Positions 57,339 to 64,000 of a stretch of 64,000 nucleotides of DNA are shown here, one piece after another (position 1 is the stretch's first letter; every line of letters starts with the position of its first letter). The DNA lies in the NCBI GenBank assembly GCA_038231275.1, contig JBBRLQ010000001.1, positions 448,001 through 512,000 on the forward strand, read 5' to 3'. The DNA comes from Polyangiales bacterium (GTDB lineage: Bacteria > Myxococcota_A > Polyangia > Polyangiales > Polyangiaceae). A program made the position numbers and the translations under genes. Under the pieces are notes generated by a model that searched no databases, was not told the origin of the DNA, and saw only the letters and a program-made list of their open reading frames with translations.

Positions 57339-57947
57339 GTGGAGTCAGCCGCCGTAGGTTGGATCGCGCAGTACGCCGCGCAGCGCGGGCTCCGCTATGA
57401 GCCCGACGCCGACGAGCGTTGGCTGCGGGCGTGGGAGCCGTACACGACGCTGAAGACGCCGGTGCGCTACGAGCACGCGCTCTACGCGACCGGTTCGGGA
57501 GGATCGCTGACGCTCGCGCGCTTCTCGGTGCCGACGCAGGTGATGGCGCCGAGCGGCGGCGTCGCGGAGGTGGAGGCGAGCGCGTGGATTTGCATCGCGC
57601 AGGACGTACGCATCGCGGCCGCCGCAGCGACGACGAACGATCCCGGCCGCATCTTCGCGGAGAACATCGATCTCGTGACGATGCCGCGACGGCCCACCGG
57701 TGACGCCGCGTTCGATCGATCGTTTGCGACCTTCGCGCCGACGCCGGACGATCTGACGACGGGGATCACGCCAAGCCTGCGCAAGCTCCTCTTGTCGTGG
57801 AGCGTGCCGGTGCATGCGGAAATTCGGAAGGGCGGATTCGTCCTCGCGCCAGTGTCACTCGGCGCGGATCCGAACAGCCTCAGTTGGCTGGCGCGCGCCG
57901 CGCACGTGTTCGGCGACAAGGCCTCGAAGCTCACCAGACAGGTGTGA
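57339..57947 (+). CDS. Hypothetical protein
   Basis: Gap-filling ORF with protein-like composition. Confidence 0.65.
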   Translation: MESAAVGWIAQYAAQRGLRYEPDADERWLRAWEPYTTLKTPVRYEHALYATGSGGSLTLARFSVPTQVMAPSGGVAEVEASAWICIAQDVRIAAAAATTNDPGRIFAENIDLVTMPRRPTGDAAFDRSFATFAPTPDDLTTGITPSLRKLLLSWSVPVHAEIRKGGFVLAPVSLGADPNSLSWLARAAHVFGDKASKLTRQV

Positions 57948-57963
57948 TACCGTGGTCACCAAA

Positions 57964-58881
57964 ATGCGGCTCGGACGGCACCTCCTCACGCTCGCGCTCC
58001 TCGGCACGGTGGTCGCGGTTCCCGCGATCGCGCAGTCCCAGCCCGGCAGCGTGACCTCGTACCCGGAGTGCACCGCAAAGCCGTCGGTCGACGACAGCGA
58101 GGCCGCGAGGAACGCGTACCTCTTCGGCAAGCGCAAGTACGACGAGGCGGAGTACGCGACCGCGGTCAACTACTTCAAGGACGCGTACAAGACCGACTGC
58201 ACGAAGCACGAGATCCTGATCATCATCTCGCGGTCGTACGAGCTCTCGGGCAACAAGACCGAAGCGGTGAACGCGCTCGAGACGTACCTGAAGCGCGTGC
58301 CGAACGCGCAGGACGCCGACGTGCAGCGCAAGCGCATCGCGAACCTCAAGGCGCAGACCGCGCCGCCGGCCACGACCACGACCCCGACGGCGCCCGCGAC
58401 CTCGACGACGACTGCACCGACCGCGACGACCGCACCGAGCGCGACGACGACCGCAGCGTCCGCGGGTACGGACTCGCCGCCCGCGGAAGCGCCGCGGAGC
58501 ATCGCGCCGTGGATCCTCGTCGGCGCAGGAGCGGTCGTGCTGGCCACCGGCGTCGTGCTTGTGATCGTCGGCGCGGGCAACGTGAGTTCAGCGCACGACG
58601 CTTTGAAGAAGGACGGCTGTGACCTGAACAACCCGGCTACGAAGTGCACTGTCCCTAATAGTGCGGCAGACGTATCGACACAGAACGACAAGCTCTCTTC
58701 TGGGAAAACCTCCGAGACGATCGGCGGGGTCGGGATCGGCGTGGGAGCCGCGGCGGTCGTCGGCGGGCTCGTGTGGCACTTCGCGTTCGACAAGCCTCGG
58801 CCCGCCGAGAAAGCCGCGACGATGCTTCATCCCGTCGTCGCTCCCGGGTACGCGGGGCTCGGCCTCGGCGGCAGCTTCTGA
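57964..58881 (+). CDS. Exported TPR protein with C-terminal hydrophobic segments (myxobacterial type)
   Basis: Signal peptide AIA-Q, TPR, Thr/Pro linker, ends GLGLGGSF. Confidence 0.8.
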   Translation: MRLGRHLLTLALLGTVVAVPAIAQSQPGSVTSYPECTAKPSVDDSEAARNAYLFGKRKYDEAEYATAVNYFKDAYKTDCTKHEILIIISRSYELSGNKTEAVNALETYLKRVPNAQDADVQRKRIANLKAQTAPPATTTTPTAPATSTTTAPTATTAPSATTTAASAGTDSPPAEAPRSIAPWILVGAGAVVLATGVVLVIVGAGNVSSAHDALKKDGCDLNNPATKCTVPNSAADVSTQNDKLSSGKTSETIGGVGIGVGAAAVVGGLVWHFAFDKPRPAEKAATMLHPVVAPGYAGLGLGGSF

Positions 58882-58888
58882 GGCGAAG

Positions 58889-59587
58889 GTGGCGGGGCCT
58901 CCGTCCGACGGTCCGCGCTACGTCGCGCGGCTGACCTCGCGAACGGCGGGACGACCGCTCGTGCCGGTTACCCTCGCGCTCGGGGCAGACGTCCTTCGTT
59001 CCCACGTGATGCCCGGGCAATACGTGTCGATCGTCGTCGCCGGCGAGAACGGCTACTTCGTCATCGCCAGCCCGGTCGGCGCGCGCGACTGGTGCATTCT
59101 AGTCAAAGGGGGCGGCACCGTCGCCGACGCGCTCCTCGCCGAGTCGCTTGGGGCCGAGTTCTCGGTCAGCGCCGCGCTCGGACGTGGCTTTCCGTGCGAG
59201 GAAGCGCGCGGGCGTCCGCTCGTGGTGGTCGCCGCGGGCACCGGCATCGCGGCGGCCATTCCGATCGCGGCGCGGCGCATCGCGGACGGCGACGCGGCGC
59301 GCACGCACCTGTTCCTCGGCCTTCGCAACGCGGTGGACCTGCCGTGTCCCGAGGAGCTCGACGTCTGGCGTGGCGCGGGCGTCGTCGTGCTCTTGTGCCT
59401 CTCGCGCGAGGACGGCGACGGCGTCAATAGTGTGCCGGGGTACGTTCAGGACGTCGCGCGCGAACGCGTCGCGAAGGCCGAAGGGACGATGATCTTCGCC
59501 GTCGGACCGTCAGCGATGGTCGACGCGGCCCGCGCGCTCGCGCCTCGGCTCGGCGCGTCCGAGGCGGATTTGCGCACGAACTACTGA
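58889..59587 (+). CDS. FAD/NAD(P)-binding oxidoreductase (ferredoxin reductase-like)
   Basis: PGQYV, GRGF, AAGTGIA, GYVQ, VGP..MV. Confidence 0.85.
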   Translation: MAGPPSDGPRYVARLTSRTAGRPLVPVTLALGADVLRSHVMPGQYVSIVVAGENGYFVIASPVGARDWCILVKGGGTVADALLAESLGAEFSVSAALGRGFPCEEARGRPLVVVAAGTGIAAAIPIAARRIADGDAARTHLFLGLRNAVDLPCPEELDVWRGAGVVVLLCLSREDGDGVNSVPGYVQDVARERVAKAEGTMIFAVGPSAMVDAARALAPRLGASEADLRTNY

Positions 59588-59632
59588 CCGATACGGTTCC
59601 ATCCGCCCCGCGCGCCGCGTACCCTTCGGAGT

Positions 59633-61534
59633 GTGAGCCAGGCGCCCCTCCCTCGTCCCTCGATGCGCGCCGGCGGGAAAGAGGAGCTGCGGGCGTACAT
59701 CCTCAAGACGTACCTCCTGCGCCTGCGCGCGGAGAAGGGCGAGCGGGCCGTGCGTGCGCTGCTCACGACCGCGGGGATCGATCCCGCCGTCGTCGACAAC
59801 GAGACGGGCTGGCTCAGCCAGGTCGCCGCAAAGCGCGCGCTGAAGGCGCTGAAAGAAGAGCTCGGCCCCGACGCCCTGAGGCGGCGCGGCGAGTGGACGA
59901 CCCACGCCGAAGCGCTCGGCACGATCGTCCGCATGCTCCGGAACGCCGAGCAGCCCATCGACGCGTACCGCTACCTCGCGACGAACGCGAAGGAGGTCAC
60001 GCGCATCGGCACCTGGGAGATCGAGGAGCCAGCCGGCGCGAACAAGAACAAAGCGGCGGTGACGTGGGTGAAGATGACCTACCGCCTCCGCGACGACAAC
60101 GACGACGGGCAAGACGTCGACGTCGGGTCGGAAGATCTCCTCTGCGCCGCGCGCGAGGGGGAGCTCACGGCGGTGCCGCGCGTGTGGGGGCTCGCCGACG
60201 CGGAGGTCTCGCACGAGTCGTGCATTTCTAAGGGCGGCGACGCGTGCGTGTACGCGGTGCGGTGGACGAGCAGCGCCGCGTCACGCCAAGGTGTAATCCT
60301 CGGCGGGCTCGGCGCGGCGCTCTTGACCGGCGGAGTCGTCGCGGCCACCGGCGGGCTCCTGGCGGGGGGCCTCGCGGCGGCGCTCGGCGGCGGGCTCGGC
60401 GGCGGCGCCGGGTTCCTCTACGATCGCTCGAAGGCCGACACGAGCGCGCGCGCGTTCGAAAGGAACCGCATCGCCGCGCTCGAACGCGGCCTCGAGCTCA
60501 AGGGCGAAATCGGCGGGACCAGCCACGCGCAACCGGGGGAGCTCACCGGCACCGTCCTCGGCGGCAAGTACAAGATCGGCCGGAAAATCGGCTCCGGCGG
60601 CATCGGCGTCGTGTACGCGGCCGAGCACACGACGCTCGGCCACGAGGTCGCCGTGAAGGTGCTCCGCGGCGCCGCCGCGCGCGACGGGAGCGAGATCGCC
60701 CGCTTGCGCCGCGAGGCGTACATCCAGGTCCACATCGAGCACCCCAACGTCGCGCGCGTCATGGACCTCGATCAGATGCCCGACGGCTCGATCTACGTCG
60801 TCATGGAGCGCCTCATCGGCCGCTCGCTCGCCGACAAGCTCGCGCGCGACGGCCTCCTCGCGCCCGGCTTCGCCATCCCGGTCTTCATCGGCGTGTGCGG
60901 AGCGCTCGCGGCGGCGCACGGCAAAGGCGTCGTCCACCGCGACCTGAAGCCCGGCAACGTATTTTTGTGCGACGACGGCGTCAGCAAAGTCTTGGACTTC
61001 GGAATGAGCAAGCTCCACACGGCGGAGGCGCTCACGCAGACCGGCTACACGCTGGGTACGCCCGAGTACATGGCGCCCGAGCAGTGCATCGGCGCGCAGG
61101 TCGAGCCGCGCACCGACGTCTACGCCCTCGGCGTCCTCATGTACGAGGCGCTCACCGGCGAGCTGCCGATCATCGCGCAGAGCCGACGCGAGCTGCTGGA
61201 TCTCCACCAGCGCCAGGTCCCGATCCCGATGCGCCAACGGCGCTTTGATCTCCCGATCCCCGAGGCGCTCGACGCGATCGTGATGAAGTGCCTGAAAAAG
61301 CGCGTCAACGATCGACCGAAGGGGGCGGCCGAGGTGCAGGAGATGCTCGAGGCGGTCTCGCTCGACGGGCTCCCGACGTGCTACCCGAGCACCGTGAGCC
61401 GCCGCGCGCCGAGCGCTCCGCAGCAGGCGACGAAGGCCGCGCTGAAGGAGCCGGGTGTGCCGAAGGACGTGAACACGCTCGCCGCGATGCCGTCGAGCTC
61501 GCCGCCTCCGCCCGAAAATAAAGAGGGCGCGTAG
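59633..61534 (+). CDS. Ser/Thr protein kinase with N-terminal V4R-like sensor domain
   Basis: HESCISKGGDACVYAVRW; Gly-rich TM hairpin; GSGGIG, HRDLKPGN, DFG, GTPEYMAPEQ. Confidence 0.93.
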   Translation: MSQAPLPRPSMRAGGKEELRAYILKTYLLRLRAEKGERAVRALLTTAGIDPAVVDNETGWLSQVAAKRALKALKEELGPDALRRRGEWTTHAEALGTIVRMLRNAEQPIDAYRYLATNAKEVTRIGTWEIEEPAGANKNKAAVTWVKMTYRLRDDNDDGQDVDVGSEDLLCAAREGELTAVPRVWGLADAEVSHESCISKGGDACVYAVRWTSSAASRQGVILGGLGAALLTGGVVAATGGLLAGGLAAALGGGLGGGAGFLYDRSKADTSARAFERNRIAALERGLELKGEIGGTSHAQPGELTGTVLGGKYKIGRKIGSGGIGVVYAAEHTTLGHEVAVKVLRGAAARDGSEIARLRREAYIQVHIEHPNVARVMDLDQMPDGSIYVVMERLIGRSLADKLARDGLLAPGFAIPVFIGVCGALAAAHGKGVVHRDLKPGNVFLCDDGVSKVLDFGMSKLHTAEALTQTGYTLGTPEYMAPEQCIGAQVEPRTDVYALGVLMYEALTGELPIIAQSRRELLDLHQRQVPIPMRQRRFDLPIPEALDAIVMKCLKKRVNDRPKGAAEVQEMLEAVSLDGLPTCYPSTVSRRAPSAPQQATKAALKEPGVPKDVNTLAAMPSSSPPPPENKEGA

Positions 61535-61553
61535 TCGGCGACCAGAGATGCGC

Positions 61554-62615
61554 TCAGCTCCTCAAGAGCCATACGAGGCCGGCGACGCTGAGCGCGATCA
61601 CGAACGCCGCCGCCAAGACGACGGCGAAATCGGTCGCAGACCATCCGCCGCGCGCGCGCACGGTCGCTGCGTTTCGTCCCGTCGCCGCGCGGACCTCCGC
61701 GATCGGCGCGGCCTTCCCGATGCCTGCGCTCGCGGGCGCGCTCGAAGGAGGTGGCGCGGCCTCGGTCGCGGCCGTCTCGATGGGGCGCGCGATCGACACC
61801 GGCGCCGGCTCCGGCGGGACGTCGGCTTCGAGCATCGGCTCGTCGGCGGCTCCCTCGAGCGCACCGAGCGCTTGGGCGACGGGCTCCTCCAACGCGAGCA
61901 CCGTCCTCCCCACGCGCATCATGAGCGCCGCGCGCCACGCCACGTCGCGATCGCGCGCGAGGCGCGACTCGCCGAGGAGCGCGCCGTTCTTGGAGCCGGG
62001 ATCGCGCGCGAGCACGGCGGGACCGCGTCGGACGAGCTGGACGTGCTCGCGCGACGCGTCGGCGTCCGCCAGCGGCAGATCGCACGTGTCGTCGCGTCCG
62101 ATGATGTACGCGCGCCCCTCTTCGAGCAGCGGCAAGACGGCGCCGGCATCCGGACCCTCCACGACGCGCACCTTGGGTACCACGTCGTCCCCTTGCTCTT
62201 CCATCGCCTGCGCCACCAGCATGAGCGCGAGCTCGCGCGTCGCTACGGCGAGATCGCGCGTCGGTGGCGTCTGATCGATCCGCGCCTCCAGCCACACGCG
62301 ACCGACGCGGATCAGGTCTCCCGCCCGGAGCGCGCGCGGCGTCTGCGGCGACAGGCGGACACCGCCGACGAAGGTTCCGTTCGTGCTGCCCTCGTCGACG
62401 AGCGAGTGCTTGCCTCCCTCGGTGCGGATCGTCGCGTGACGCTGGCTGACGCTCGGGTCGGGGAGGCGAACGTCGCACCCTTGACCTCGTCCGATGACCA
62501 CGCGCGCGCCGTCGAAGGTGAGCGCAGGCGGGGCGCCGCTGCTTTCTGACGACGACGGCGCCGACGATGGCGAGTGTGGCGAGAGCGCGCTTCGAACGAG
62601 GAGGGTGAGCGGCAA
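61554..62615 (-). CDS. Double FHA domain protein with C-terminal TM
   Basis: IGRG..SVSQRHA..STNGT and IGRD..ASREH..SKNG. Confidence 0.92.
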   Translation of the reverse strand: MPLTLLVRSALSPHSPSSAPSSSESSGAPPALTFDGARVVIGRGQGCDVRLPDPSVSQRHATIRTEGGKHSLVDEGSTNGTFVGGVRLSPQTPRALRAGDLIRVGRVWLEARIDQTPPTRDLAVATRELALMLVAQAMEEQGDDVVPKVRVVEGPDAGAVLPLLEEGRAYIIGRDDTCDLPLADADASREHVQLVRRGPAVLARDPGSKNGALLGESRLARDRDVAWRAALMMRVGRTVLALEEPVAQALGALEGAADEPMLEADVPPEPAPVSIARPIETAATEAAPPPSSAPASAGIGKAAPIAEVRAATGRNAATVRARGGWSATDFAVVLAAAFVIALSVAGLVWLLRS

Positions 62616-62681
62616 GTCGGTCGCAATTTATTGCATGAAACGGACTCGGATCCCGTCATACTGCGTGGCGAGGTCCCGGAA

Positions 62682-63050
62682 ATGGGTTGGAAGGGTTCTG
62701 CAGGCGCTCTTTTCGCGGTTCTCGTCGCTTGCACCTCGGCAAGCGCGGCAGGCGCGGCAAGCGCGACCGACGCGGCGCCCCAGCACGCGCGTTCAGGTCT
62801 TGCATCAGGTCCGCGAGAAGACGGAAGCGCGGCAAAAGGCGATGTGGGCTACCTGACGGTGAGCACCGACCCCACCGCGAAGCTCGAGGTCGACGGTGTG
62901 GACACCGGCAAGACCACTCCCGTCACGAAGATTTCGCTCGCGGCCGGCAAGCACAAGGTCACGCTGACCTCGCTCGACGGGAAGACGAAGCGCACCCTCG
63001 GCGTCACCATCGTCGCCGGCGAAGAGAAGCGCCTGACGGTCAGCCTCTAG
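62682..63050 (+). CDS. Secreted PEGA domain protein
   Basis: GYLTVSTDP.A..EVDG..TG.TTP..L.AGKH.V.L. Confidence 0.8.
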   Translation: MGWKGSAGALFAVLVACTSASAAGAASATDAAPQHARSGLASGPREDGSAAKGDVGYLTVSTDPTAKLEVDGVDTGKTTPVTKISLAAGKHKVTLTSLDGKTKRTLGVTIVAGEEKRLTVSL

Positions 63051-63142
63051 AGCAATCGTCGTTACTACGTAACGCTTGCTCTAGCCTTTAGGTGGATCGC
63101 TCCAGTCGTTTGCCCGCCACGGACAAACGACTTCCGCTCTAG
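63047..63142. repeat. CTAG-bounded palindromic element
   Basis: CTAGAGC...GCTCTAG termini; two internal hairpins; three CTAG sites. Confidence 0.6.
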
Positions 63143-63160
63143 TCTCGGTTTGGTCGGTAG

Positions 63161-64000
63161 TCATTCCGGCATCAGGCTGGGCACGGCCGGGCGCATCTCG
63201 CTCGCGTGCACTTCGAGCCAGTGAATGACGTCCTCGGCGACGTCGCGCTTCGCGTGCTGCGAGAGCTCCTGGATGCCGGTCGGCGACGTGACGTTCACCT
63301 CGGTGAGCTTGTTGCCGATGAAGTCGAGGCCCACGAACACGAGCCCATCGGCCCTGAGGCGCGTCGCCATGTCGGCCACGACCGCGCGCTCTTCGGCGGT
63401 GACGTCGCACGGCTCGACGCGCCCGCCGACGTGGATGTTCGAACGCAGATCGTCCGCGCGCGGCACGCGGTTGATGCCGCCGAGGATCTTCCCGTCGAGG
63501 AGGATGACGCGCTTGTCCCCCTTCGTCACCGCCGGCAAATACTCCTGCACCATGACCTCGAGCTGCCCCTCGCCGGTCAAGAGCTCCACGATCGCATGGT
63601 TGTTCTTGTCCCCCTCGGAGAGCATGAGGACGCCCGCGCCGCCCGCGCCGTGGAGCGGCTTGATGACCCCCTTGCCGCCGGTCTCCTTCACGAACGAATA
63701 AATCCGATCAGGGCTCGACGTCACGAGCGTCCGCGGCATGTGCCGGGAAAAGTGCAGCGCGTAGAGCTTCTCGTTCGCGTCGCGGATGCCGCGCGGATCG
63801 TTCATGAGGATCGTGCGGCCGCGGGCGCGCTCCAGCATGAGCGCGCAGTAGAGGTAGGCCGTGTCGAACGGAGGGTCTTTGCGGATGAGCACCGCCTCGG
63901 CGTCGGCGATTCGGAAGTCGTACGGATCGCCGAACGCGAAAAAAGGCGCCGTGTCGGTGATACGAAGATCGCGTACCTTGGCGAAGACGTCCCCATCCAA
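63161..64000 (-). CDS. gshB: Glutathione synthetase (5' end outside window)
   Basis: RKDPPFD, RDANEKL, KPL.G.GG, QEYLP...GDKR, RSN.HVGG, EVNVTSPTG. Confidence 0.96.
   Translation of the reverse strand: MDGDVFAKVRDLRITDTAPFFAFGDPYDFRIADAEAVLIRKDPPFDTAYLYCALMLERARGRTILMNDPRGIRDANEKLYALHFSRHMPRTLVTSSPDRIYSFVKETGGKGVIKPLHGAGGAGVLMLSEGDKNNHAIVELLTGEGQLEVMVQEYLPAVTKGDKRVILLDGKILGGINRVPRADDLRSNIHVGGRVEPCDVTAEERAVVADMATRLRADGLVFVGLDFIGNKLTEVNVTSPTGIQELSQHAKRDVAEDVIHWLEVHASEMRPAVPSLMPE

Overview
High-GC, gene-dense chromosomal segment. Gene content points to a myxobacterium, probably Polyangiales/Labilithrix-like (inference from many Cys-rich lipoproteins, Ser/Thr kinases, FHA/PEGA/AgmX-type proteins and CdnL). 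The left end carries recF (partial), dnaN and a probable oriC with DnaA boxes and a basal-unwinding motif, but no adjacent dnaA. Next come a cytochrome c maturation operon built around a CcmF-CcmH fusion, an orphan SctQ/FliN-like gene, and a tandem pair of giant TPR-DUF3857-transglutaminase genes (one apparently catalytically dead). Housekeeping and regulatory genes include tlyA, cinA, rpe, carD/cdnL, ppx, ccmE, gshB and a sigma54 two-component system. Accessory modules are twin NPQPLPP lipoproteins, an ABC ATPase/Cys-rich membrane protein/NosL-like module, and an MNIO (DUF692) RiPP cluster whose bufferin-like precursor carries a lipobox and sits opposite a TrmB regulator. Non-coding signals include a dispersed repeat that supplies stop codons, a CTAG-bounded palindromic element, an 11-bp tandem repeat, sigma54/sigma70 promoter candidates and recurring leaderless-gene signatures. 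I saw no tRNA, rRNA, CRISPR array, transposase or prophage. All family calls come from motif recognition by eye, not database searches, and several start codons were re-chosen relative to the ORF track.
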